The notes under the pieces: model-generated
The model's database searches: none
Seen by the model: the letters and a program-made list of their open reading frames with translations, nothing else
What the model was told of the DNA's origin: nothing
Origin: Chrysomallon squamiferum
Lineage: Eukaryota > Animalia > Mollusca
DNA length: 64,000 nt
Assembly (NCBI GenBank): GCA_012295275.1
Contig: CM022665.1
Span: forward strand, 16,120,001-16,184,000
Direction of reading: 5' to 3'
Position numbers and translations under genes: made by a program
Part shown: positions 1 through 36,800 of the stretch, one piece after another
How the letters are laid out: every line of letters begins with the position of its first letter
How positions within the stretch are numbered: position 1 is the first letter of the stretch

Positions 1-964
1 TATTATATAGGATTTCAGAGTTGTTAGAATAATATATTAATATAATAGATGTTATCAAGAATATTTCTCACTGTTCTTGGATTTATTTTTTATTTATTAT
101 TATTATTGTTCTTGTTATTATAATTATCATTATTTTGTTGTTGTTATTATGTTATTATGGGGGTTTTTTGTTGTCAGGTTTGTTTTGTTGCTTTTTCTTT
201 GATCCTAGGTTTTTGACGATGGAAGTAACCTTATCAACATTAATGTTTTAAACATTTTAAATAATTGTATATCATGAAGAACAAATAATTCTTTACAAAA
301 AATTGTAATTTCTCCTTTTATTTATTCTGTATGTTGTTTCAATGGATAAAAAATGCTTTGAAAATAAATTTAAAAAGTGCTATTTTTGTTTTTAATTTAA
401 CAGTTTTACAGAGTTTAGTAATAATGATCCATGACGAAGAAGACCTTCCTTATAAGAAAGTTATGTGGATCGGTAGATGCCATTACGATATGCAGCTGTT
501 GTTTTGCAAAAAATATGCCTGGTTTCATTTTATTTTATATTTATTTATTTATTTATTTATTTATTTATATTAACAAAGCTGTCAAATCATTTTCCTTATT
601 TAACATTTCTGATCTAAGCCTGCAAAAATGAATGCTACTTTACCACATGCAATGCCATAATAAGGATAATAATCATATATTAAAAATGTGTTAAGCAAAA
701 AAAAATGGCTCGTTACTTTAACAGGAGAGCATATATAACAATTATTTACAAATATGCCTTATGTGAACTTTTCTTGCCAAGTTACAAGGCCATTTTCATA
801 TAAATAGTAATAATAACAAAAGTCCCGAGTCCATTCTTGTATTAAAAAGTTTTATATAAAAATACGCTATAAACCTGAAAACAGAAAATAAATTCGAAAA
901 AGAAATTCTGTACGATTATTCTAGCCGTGGAAGATTCCAGAAAAATAATGGTGCGGGTGACAAT

Positions 965-1374
965 CAGGGCTGGTTCAGTCATAGAGGCAAACTAGGCGGC
1001 CGCCTAGGGCGCTGATTTCAGGGAGCGCATCAACAACAGTTTTGAAAAATAAATAAATAAATTTAATTTTTATTGAGGATCGTTTCTTTTCTTTTCTTTT
1101 ATCCTGGTTTACTTCATACAGGGACAAATAATCGTGAAGATTCAGTCTGACCGGACAAGCAAAATGAGTGAATGGAAGTCGGGCGTACACGAAACTTCAG
1201 TATGTAATTATGTTCACGTATTTTTCCGTAGAATCACGCGTATACGAAACTTATTTTAATGGTATAAACAAGGAAAGAAATGGCTTGTGTTTATAAATTT
1301 TGAAATCGATGTTTGCCTGGGGGCGCCAGAATCTAACCTTGCCTAGGGCGCCAGATGGTCTGGCGCAGGCCCTG
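965..1374. mobile_element. hAT-superfamily non-autonomous DNA transposon (MITE), 410 bp
   Basis: Exact 8-bp target-site duplication GTGACAAT at 957-964 and 1375-1382. Termini CAGGGC...GCCCTG are inverted. GC-rich subterminal motifs (GCCTAGGGCGC) occur near both ends. An 8-bp TSD with CAG termini is characteristic of hAT elements. Confidence 0.85.
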
Positions 1375-1482
1375 GTGACAATTAACAGAATAGTGTGACG
1401 TCACTAAAATGCTTTAATAACGCAATTTGTGTTATTCATCTGCACTCTGTGTGTTTAAATTTACCCAAGCAAATCTGGTGTG

Positions 1483-1687
1483 TTGAAATTACACCGTATG
1501 TATGTATATCTATAACATTTTTCATTTCATCTTTTGTTTTCACTTGTTTTTAAGCACTTCACATTAATCTCAGAGTTGAAACTCATTCCAGTTTATATTC
1601 AGCGATTGGTTGAAATTATGTTACAGTTTTATTTTCACGAAGGAAACTGCATGTAATTGCAAATAATAACAAGAGTGTATTGCAATG
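1483..1687 (+). repeat. ~205-bp dispersed direct repeat, copy 1 (copy 2 at 5855-6059)
   Basis: TTGAAATTACACC...TGCAATG recurs at 5855-6059 with only scattered substitutions. Confidence 0.85.
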
Positions 1688-2542
1688 GCGATATCTGATT
1701 TTTACATTCTCGCTCGTTTTATATATGTTTTTTTTTTTTTTTTTCTTCTTCTTTTTTCTCTTCTTGTCTTGCTTTTGTCTTCTTTTTTTTTTTTTTTTTG
1801 TTTTTTGTATTGTTCTAACATATTCTTAAATGCATTCAGGGATCATCAGATAAATTTCTTCAATATTATTCGTTTTAATTTTAATGAATTTACATAATTT
1901 CCACTCGTAGCTGTAATATTATTTAGACTAAATGGCAATACTAAAAATTAATGCGGTGAAGAAAGAAGTGTCAATGTGCGGCATGTAGTACGTGCTCGGA
2001 ATATTTCGGCACTTTTCGGAAGAATCAAGGAACATAACCTCGTAATTCCTCATATCTTGAACGGCATGGCTATCACACTATTTGAGAAATCATTATAAAA
2101 ATATGACAAAAAGGTTTCTTACAAGAACGGCGAAGTAAGTAAATTGCTTTTGAAAAAAATATATAAAAATATAAATATAAACCAAACCAAAACAGCAAAT
2201 ATGAATTGCAGTATATCGTTGTTTTAAGTTTGTGAAAAGAATGATGATTTTAAAAATGTATTAAATGTTCTTAAATTTTTTCTTTCTTTTTTATCTTTTT
2301 TCTTTTCCTTTCTTTCTTTCTTGCTTTCTCTCTTCTTCATTTTTTTTTTTTTCATTTTTTTACATTTATTTTTTCCTTCTTTAACTTTGGGCACATCAGT
2401 ACGGCATATGACCGTGTATATATCCTTTCTAACAAAGTTTTTTTTTTTCTTTTCTTCAGTTTTTATATAGAAATACCGACATAAATCTGACAAGCTATTA
2501 CACAAGCGAAAATTTAGAAATTTGTTTTATTACTTTCTTTTA

Positions 2543-2581
<39 letters not shown>

Positions 2582-3082
2582 AGGTCAACAAAATCCATCG
2601 GACGAACCATGAATGTTTCATGAATATTTATGATATGATTATAACGCATTGCGTTATTTATTTTATTTTATTTTATTTTATTTTATTTATTAACTATTAT
2701 TAATTATTTTAAATGAAGAGATGAGAAAAAAATTATCACTTATAATAAATATGAAAAAGTTATGAATTAGAAACTTCTCCATATTAAAGATACAAATAAG
2801 ACGCATACATATATATTATATTAATTTCTTTTAAATAATGTCATTTGATATACATACATATATATATGTTATATTGCATACATACATACATACATATATG
2901 TATATACTGAATTATTATTTTGTGTTTTAATTATATGTTACTATTATTACTTTTTCTTCTATTGCTACTATTCCTACTGCTACTACTATACTAATACAAA
3001 TAATACCAAATTATTAGTACTATCACTGTAACTACTACAGTAACGTTTGCTATCATTGTCACCATCTTTGTTATTGCTTTTA

Positions 3083-3091
3083 TCATCATCA

Positions 3092-3155
<64 letters not shown>
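3083..3155. repeat. (ATC)n/(ATT)n microsatellite
   Basis: Directly visible trinucleotide run. Confidence 0.9.
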
Positions 3156-3156
<1 letters not shown>

Positions 3157-4846
3157 TACAAGAACCAGCTACTACTTCTAATACTACTAAAGCTGTTGGT
3201 ATTATGTCTGTACACACAAGTACAATTAAATATCACACACACATTAATATATAAACTAAACAAAAACGATTTTTAAAACTAGCCTAATTTTCCGCCCCCG
3301 CTCCGTGGTATAATAATGTTGTTCAACTCCTAAAGATATTTTATCCAGTTTACTTATCTTTTACTCATTAGTAAACTAAAATTACGAAAATCGTTTAGAT
3401 AAGAAAAACAATACAGGACGTTGCATTTCTTAATGAGCAGACTTTGCGCTGATTGTCGCGGTCCGAAAACACACTTTGGTCTGAACTTCCGAGAAGAAAC
3501 ACAATGTCACAACTTTTGTACCATAAGTAAAATATTTTTTTTACACTTGAGAGTTAGTTTGTGACGTAAATCGTAACAATGCACCATATCATATATAATA
3601 ACAATATATATTTATATATATATCATAAGTCATTTAATATTTTATATACCTTTTTATGCTTTTATTTCACTAATGTGTTCAAAGAAATAATCCCCGGTAA
3701 TTTAAAATTTCATTTTATGCACTGAATTTTGAAGCGTTTGTCATACATTTTGTAGAAAGAAAAATTAAAAAAATTAAAGGAAAATAATTTTAGTGATGAG
3801 TGAATTTATCGAGTAGTATAATTTCAGAGCTAACTCTAAAATCGGTCTCTTCCTATTTCTACCAAAATCCAGACTTATTTATTAAATACCGAGGTATACG
3901 ACATCGTATCAGTGGGAAGGACCATATAAAAAAATGTCTTGCTGTTAAATGCAAAAGAGCAGCCGATGATATTTTTCTTATTATTCAACTATATGTATAA
4001 CTACTTAATAACGATGTATTAAAAATAAATATTATATAAATGCATCATTAAATAAAATGGTACTTTCTTCATAAGTATTTAAGGAATGCGTTTTCCTAAC
4101 GTGCTTTAGAAACAATTATTATTGAATTTATTATCGTCCTATGTCCCATTTCTTTGTGACATCTTTGAAATCCACAAAAAGCACTTCATTTTGATTTCGT
4201 TCATAGTTAAAAAGTACTTGACTCGAGTGGAAGATTATATTGTTTTAATTCTCATGCCCTAAATAATAAAACAGGCATCGGTAGTGTTTTGAGAGTCTGC
4301 TGAGCTCGCTTTTGGACTGGGTCGTACCCTGGTGCGACTTGGACAATTAAGGATCCAAACGGAAGAAAATATGGCCGCAAAATGTTATTATCCAGATCGT
4401 CTTCGCTTGGTCTGGGCCGAAAATAATTAGTTTATAACATCATCATGATTATTACCATAACAATTATTACTGTTGTTGAATTATTGTTATTGTTATTTTT
4501 ATTATTATTACTATTATATACAAGTATTGATTATTAGTGCAGATACACAGTTGATAAATAATAGTAGTAGTAGTAGTAGTAGATACAGTAGTAGACGACA
4601 TAGTAGTAGTAGTAGCAGTAGTAGTAGTAGTTGTTGTTAGTAGTAATAGAAGCATCGATAATAGTAGGTGGTAGTGATTGTTGTTGTTGGTCGTGATGCT
4701 GTAATAGTAATAATACTGGTTTTTAGTTGTAGTAGAAATAAAATTAGCAAGAACAATATTTAACAACAACAACAAAAGTAATAATAATAGTAAAGAAATA
4801 TAATCGCAATAAAATCTTTTCAAAATGAAATATAATCTCATCGCAA

Positions 4847-4891
<45 letters not shown>

Positions 4892-5170
4892 CATAATCAT
4901 AACAATTTAAGAAAAAAAAAGAGAAAATGAAATACAAAATGAAAAAAAAAAGTAGCATATTTGTTGATTTGGAAGAGTTCCGTCATCGACGAATTATCAA
5001 TGTACTTATCACACTTCCTTATATATTAACATAAATTCATTGTGTTTCATAAAACAGTTAAGCTACACTGACAACGATTCCATATATCAAACAAACTTAT
5101 TTGCAAATGGGTGGAGTGGGTTTGTGCTGAAACGCATACACTTACTCTCAAGTGTCCATTTTAAAAAAGT

Positions 5171-5201
<31 letters not shown>

Positions 5202-5685
5202 TATTTAGATAAATAAATTAAATAAAAATAAAAACAGATCTGGTAACTGTATATTATATATTTTATTTTATTTTATTTTACTTTATTTTACTTTATTTTA
5301 CTTTATTTTACTTTATTAATTTATTACCAATAATAATAATAATAATAACAACAACAACATAAATATTAACAATAACAACAACAACAACAACAATAATAAT
5401 GATAGGAATATCTCGGATTACCAATTATATTGTAGGAACAGGAAGTAATTGACAAAATAATTAATCACGCCTCTGCCCAGTCGTCTATTGTTTGACAGGA
5501 TGAATACTAAATATTAAAATTTTTAATCAGTGCATCATTGTTTGTCATCTTTCATTTATGCTGTATTCCCATCTTCTCTCTCTCCTTTTTTGTCTATCAC
5601 TTATTTGTTGTTTTCGTTTTGCTTCAGTTTCTTCTTTAATCCTTATTTTAGTGGGGGTCTTTTAAGCACGATTTATTGTTATTAA

Positions 5686-5723
<38 letters not shown>

Positions 5724-5765
5724 TGATGATGATGATAATAGTAAATAAATAGTTATTGCACTGAT

Positions 5766-5767
<2 letters not shown>

Positions 5768-5836
<69 letters not shown>
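5768..5836. repeat. (CT)n microsatellite
   Basis: Directly visible. Confidence 0.95.
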
Positions 5837-5841
<5 letters not shown>

Positions 5842-5854
5842 CATACATACAAAA

Positions 5855-6059
5855 TTGAAATTACACCATATGTATGTATATCTATAACATTTTTAATTTC
5901 ATCTTTTGTTTTCACTTGTTTTTAAGCACTTCACATTAATCTGAGACTTAAAACTCATTCCAGTTTATATTCAGCGATTGGTTGAAATTATGTTACAGTT
6001 TTATTTTCACGAAAGAAACTGCATGTAATTGCAAAAATTAACAACAGTGTACTGCAATG
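5855..6059 (+). repeat. ~205-bp dispersed direct repeat, copy 2 (copy 1 at 1483-1687)
   Basis: Near-identical to 1483-1687; flanked here by microsatellites. Confidence 0.85.
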
Positions 6060-6644
6060 TATGTGTGTGTGTATGTATGTATGTATATATATATATGTGT
6101 GTGTATGTATGTATGTATATACATATACAAATATGACATCTAATAGTTATTCATTCATTGAGCAAAAATACCAGTTATAAACAGTTAACGAGTAGATAAA
6201 GACTTTCAGAACACTAAATCAAAAATAAATAAATAAATAATGAAAAATAAAAGAACGTTGTATGTATTTAAAAATCTACATGCATGGCTAAACTAAACCT
6301 TCTTAAAAGAAACATAATACCTAAGAAAAAAACCCTAACAGCTGACAAAAATTTTGATTGTTTCAAAACACGGCAGGTAACCCAACTTAAAATCAGTCTC
6401 TCTGCACCATACGTAACGTAAATCTCAATGTATTGGTTCATTGTGTAATGCCACGTAAATGTATTAATTAGCTAGACGTGTATTGTAGAGGTTCCGTGCA
6501 ATACCACTGTTTAAGCAATTTTACTTGACTATACGTTACTCATGGTTCTGGATATGAGTCAATAATGCTAATACTAATACCAATACTACTAGTAATAATA
6601 ACAATGTCCTGTGCAGTTGCATATTGTATAAGACGGCTGGATAT

Positions 6645-6648
<4 letters not shown>

Positions 6649-6732
<84 letters not shown>
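6649..6732. repeat. (GA)n microsatellite
   Basis: Directly visible. Confidence 0.95.
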
Positions 6733-6735
<3 letters not shown>

Positions 6736-7927
6736 ATTAATCTTTTTCCGGATGTGTATACTAATCCACTTTGGAATGCCGTTCTGTAACGTCACATTAT
6801 AATTACGTCATTCCAACAAAAAGAAAGAAAATTATGTTCATAATTATATTTAACAACAACAATAATAATAATGTTAATTAAATTAAGTATTTATTAGCGA
6901 AATTAAAATGAGTTCTTATACATTTAGATCCATCAACCATCTTTTCTTTTATGACTGTGTGTGTGTGTGTGTTTAATCTTCTTTGTTGTTTTGTTTGTTT
7001 TCATCTAATTTTATATTCACAGGGCTCTGATAGAACAGTCATGTTCTAAACATGATTTAACACGGACAAAAATAATTGTAAATAATAATAGTAAATGTAG
7101 ATAATTGTATGAGAAAATATTAAATAGATTATCAGTTTAGCTATAAGTTCAACGATAAAAACTCGAAGGAGGAAAATGGAAAGAAAGAAGAAAACAAACC
7201 GATTAAACACAACGAACGTTGAATTCCACTAATGTTGTTACCAACGCTATTCTATCACGTCACAATGCAATTACGTCAATCGAACAAAGAAAGATAATTA
7301 TTACTTTTGTATATGAATTATTTCATTCTGTGTGTATGTGTGTGTATTTAAAAAAGAAGAAATTAGCGACATATTATATTTATATATTTTTGAAATTAAA
7401 ATAATTTCTTATATTGCAGATATATAAAAAAAAAAAAAATTAAAAAAAATAATAATAATAATAACAAAATAAAATAAAAATATGAACAGAAATTGTTTTA
7501 ACTGTGACAACAATTTTGGTCTTTTATATCCTCCAACATTAGATATCGCTATATAATCTCCGATGATCAGAATGCATAATATTACCAGAATTATTAAAAT
7601 TATAAGAATTACTAGCAGTGTGAATCATACAGCCGACACGTGATTGTAATGTCTCCTGTTCAAATCGTTAGCAATGTGAATGTTGTAAGCCTACATTGCT
7701 ACACTGTTCTACATTATGTAACATACCAGGTATTAATGTACGTCATAACAAATCGAATCTACGATTCCGTACCATTTGTTGCTAGTTGCTTTATAACTCC
7801 TGGCATTGGAAACTAGTAACCGAGTATTTACACCGTAACACCGCTGCCAGTTATTGGACATCTATAGCAGTATTGATATTGTATACATGTTTTCACACAG
7901 CAGGGTGAAAGGTCGTCGACTAATTAT

Positions 7928-7939
7928 TGCGCATGCGCA
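7928..7939. promoter_or_regulatory. NRF1/EWG-type palindrome in the putative PKC promoter
   Basis: Perfect TGCGCATGCGCA about 210 bp upstream of the PKC ATG, in a locally CpG-retaining region. Confidence 0.55.
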
Positions 7940-8148
7940 CGTTGATTTTATGTGCACTGAACAGGGAGTCTGTTTTGCAGCAGATTTTTTCATTACAACT
8001 TCCGTAATAATTTGGATACCATTTAGGAGAAATCTTGGGAATATCTGTGTGTTTCTTACCTGTTCGATGCCTCAATACGGATTATTATTCACCTAGGAGG
8101 GTTCCTAACAGCCACTAGCCTATATTTTATGGGCGGATTGGGGTGAAA

Positions 8149-32561
<24,413 letters not shown>

Positions 32562-33834
32562 CAGTAGGCAAATTTCAGTGTATATTCCATTGTTAACTTT
32601 CACTGCTATCGACATCCTTGTCAGGATTTTCTACCAGTCAGGAACCACAGTGTGAAAAACAGAAAAATAATTAAAATGTCAGCAGCAGCAACAACAACAA
32701 AAATTAAAACACTGACAACCACAAAACTACAGAAACCAACAAACAACAAAACCACCAGACTTTGTTACTAAGTCATCAGAATCCATGGGTGCTTTTCAGT
32801 GAAAAGGAATGTACTCACATCCATGGGTATAAAGGTGATGAGTATATAATTCTGGTTATCTGATCCATTTTTCTTAACTTAATTTGAAAACAAAAAATTT
32901 CATTTACAAAGGTTCTAGGAATGTAATGGCCCTCTTTGAACCCATTTCTTTTTATATTATGTGTGTGAAAAATTCTTTAAAAAAAAAAAATAATAATTTT
33001 TTTTTAAAAACTCTTTATGAAAGACAATTCCAGAAATAGCCCAGAAAATTTAAAACCAAGAAGCTGAATAAAAAGAAAAAAAAATGTTGGACAGTAAAAC
33101 TTGTCACAAACAAATCTGTGGAAAAGAAGACAAGACCAAGAAGAAGCCAACCCAGAAGAATTGTGAATAAGGGTGAAATCACTCTGGTTTTTTTTCTGTA
33201 TGGTTGGTTGTGCAAGGGGTAATGTGATAGTTCATGTGTGTAATATTATATGATTAATGTAGTGAGGGGTGGAAAAAAATCATTGTAATGGCTGGATATG
33301 TGTTAAAATGCAATAGCAGAGATCTTGATTTGCTATGTCTGTGTGTAACACTTGCCAGGGTGTTGTTATAAGAAAGCTCATGTTGTTTGTTTTCTTTTCA
33401 AATACAGCTCCTTGATCTGTAGCTTTTCATATGTTGCTTGGTTTAGTCCCAAGATGGCTGGTTTTACGATTTATTAATATATTATTAAGAACCGAAAGTT
33501 AAGCTGAAGTGTATAATAAGATATACTTAGATACGTTTTTTTCTTTTTGTGTTGATAGTTTAAGATCAGAAGGGTTAAAACTGTTAAAGCCTGTTTCATT
33601 ATAAGTAGAAAATTTAAAACTGTAAATTAATGTTTAACATCAAAAGGGTTAAACCATTTAATTAGAAATGATTGTTAAAGCTTGATTGTGATATTTTACA
33701 TCAAAAGGGTTATGATTAATAAAACTGACTGTTAAACATTGGTCCTGAATGTTAATATTTAACATCGGAATGGTTAAAACCATTTAACTGGATTTGCTTT
33801 TCATTGGCTGGTATGGAAGGGAGACAATTTCTGC

Positions 33835-33871
<37 letters not shown>

Positions 33872-36800
33872 CAGCTTTACCAGGGTGAAAAACAAATGCA
33901 TAATTAACATTATAAAACAGCATTGGATATTAGTGCAACTGTTAATGTTAACTATATTTAAATAATCATAATAATAATTATTAAAAAAATGCATATTAAA
34001 TAGAGCAGGTCAGTTGTAGAGCTAATAACACATATCCAGTTAGAGAACTAATTAACAAAGCATTGCAAACAGAAAGGAAAGGTAGAGAAGAAGGTAATAT
34101 ATTTTACAATCATTATATTAACACATACAGATTAATCACATAGTAATTTAAATGAATTCATTGTAATTTATGTCACATAATAAACCATACAGATGAGGTA
34201 ATACATGTTAAGAATTAACAGTAAAATATACTCAGTGTACACATAATTTAAAACAATCTTGTTGTTTTTAATCTTTTTAGTCATTTAGTAAATTTGTTAT
34301 GGTGAATGTGTGATAAACAAGGCAATATATTAATAGACTTGAGAGAGAATTAAATGGAAATGATATTGTTTTCAGTGTTGTGATAAAAATTAACAAATTT
34401 ATTCTCATCTTGACACATTTCTGAATATAATTTTTTCCCCTATCTTGTTTGATATTTTAGATAATCAGTTTAGTCAGCATATTAATAATTTATTTTAAAT
34501 CATTTTTTAAATGTTTAGATTTATTTATGGCCACTCAGTGCAAGATATTTTGTTTAGTTTTTAAATCATAATTGGTAGTTGTATACTTACTGTAGATGTC
34601 ACAAATGTGGAATATATTTGTAGTGTTTGTTCCCGGTTGCATTGCAGTGTGTTTGCATTAAACATTAGAAATGAAAATAAAAGTTTTCTTAGATGTTTTT
34701 TTATTAATTTTGTAAACTCAAAAGTTCCTCAGACCTATTTTTTAATCTTTCTAAATTTTAATTTTTAAAACATATTTGTTATGTTAACTTTTTTATTTGG
34801 CACATTTATAATTGAATCTTTAATTTATTTAATTGTTATTATTATTTTGTTTTTATCTGTTTATTTATATTTTATTTATTTATATTTTCTATGGCATAAT
34901 CTTGATCTTTTATTTTTGGTTACTTGCAAAATATTTTATTTTGTTGTTTACAGAAAATTGTATCTTTTCTATTCAGTAATCAGTGATTAAAAATTTTAAA
35001 ATCTTTTTCAAGATGGTATTTCTTTCATTATCTCTGTTCTAAACAAAAGATATATACCTCTAGTTATTTGAAATGATCTGATTCATTCGCAGTTATATTC
35101 AGTTTTTTTTTAAATTGTTTTTACTTTCAGTATTTTACAGTTTAGAATTTGTTATAAATAAATTTTATTTAGATGTATATATATATTTTAATAAAATGTT
35201 ATATACGTATTGATTTATTGACTACAAAATTGAATCTCTGTCAGTCAAGAATCAAATACCTCTATTTTTTTTTATTTTTTTTATTATATATATTTAGGAA
35301 GCAATATAAGACAGTAGAATTAAAAATATAAAAAATTATAATAATATATGATTAAAAAAATTCTGTTGCTTTTTATATTTTAATTTTAATTTTTTGGTTA
35401 TGTTTTTGTTATTGTTGTCAAATGAAAATTTATAACAAACAATATAACTAAAATTGAAATTTTACCTTAAATCTGTTATGAATGTATTTCCAATATTTCA
35501 TTCGGTTTACATATATAAAATAAAGCATAGCATATCTCATTTTAGACATTTATTTTTACCATTAGTAAATGAAACTGCAAGTTAAGGGAAAAAATAAAAT
35601 TATATTTGTATTTTATTCAGGTACTTGTATATAAATATAGTATAGGAATATATCATTTTATTTCAGGTTTCTAGATGTTCTTTTAAAATTATATTTGGAT
35701 ATTTTTGCCATATATTTAGATTTTCCAAACACTGTAAAGACAATTGTGCAATTTTAAATCTTCATAAATTTATCTTTAAAAGCAGTAAAGATTTTGTAGT
35801 AGATTAATGATTACATGTAGCAAAACTTCTATTACAAATTAATCTCTTGAGATAGCAAAGCTTTTGTTATGTGTTTATCTTTATAGGTAGAAAAGTTTTG
35901 TTAAATGTTAAATTATACGAGTAGCAACGATTTTTTTAGATGTAAGAAAATAGGAAACTGTACAGAATGTCAGCCTCTAGGGAGTGCATGCAAAAATTCA
36001 GAACATAATAAAAATTAACAAAACAGAATAAAACAGCAATTTTTATTTACATGTACAGGGTTAGTTTAGGGTACTGAAGATGCATTTAGATGGGCTGTAA
36101 GGTTATATAAATAAAATGATCTTTATGAAGTTATTCTGATGTAATTCATAACTAGAAAGAATACCTCTAATAAAAATGTTCAGGATGTTTTTTATTTATT
36201 TTTTCACATGATCATTGTTTCAGTTAAAAATAATTTCATGAAACCACATAATGTAATCTTAGTAGTTTCATTTGTAAAATCATTGAAAATGATGTATTCT
36301 GTCTTTTACTTTAAGATGTTAATTATTATACTTACTGATAAAATGAATTGTGTTTAGAAAGTCACAGCTTTGATTAATGCTTTTATTATTTTTATTTTTT
36401 TTGGGGGGGGTGAAATGTTTTAATTATTTGGTTTTAAGGGATAATATTTATTCAGATAAAAAATTTAAATTTTTTTTATCATCAAAATTAAGGATTATAG
36501 TTAATTTTGGTGTAAGCAGTGCAATATAAATTCAGTGATAAAATATTTTTACCATATTACTCCAATATGCTAATGTGGCATCAAACACTCATGGGTAATA
36601 AATAGTTATTTTAAATTGATTTCTATGACAAAGAATTATTTTTTTGTGTTGTGGGTATTTTAAAACATTTACAAAAAGAATATGCTACAGTCTTTTATGT
36701 ATCCCACTATATATAAATATTACATTCTTCCTAAGGAAAATGATGAATTTAGAAATAAATTTATACCTAACTTCTCTTTGTACTATAAGTATTGTTGATA

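Noticed and set aside
331-631. Two overlapping ORFs at the window start
   Set aside because: No recognisable homology, they end in (TTTA)n low-complexity sequence, and I could not link them to other exons.
4467-6795. ORF-track entries with poly-Y/L/T/I, (ER)n and (SL)n tracts (also around 54129-55562, 59131-60784 and 63374-63616)
   Set aside because: They are translations of microsatellites, not genes.
8143-8148. GTG start given by the ORF track for PKC (also GTG/TTG starts at 27729, 28395 and 30637)
   Set aside because: This is a eukaryotic gene. The ATG at 8149 matches the family N-terminus, and the others are intron read-ins or internal codons.
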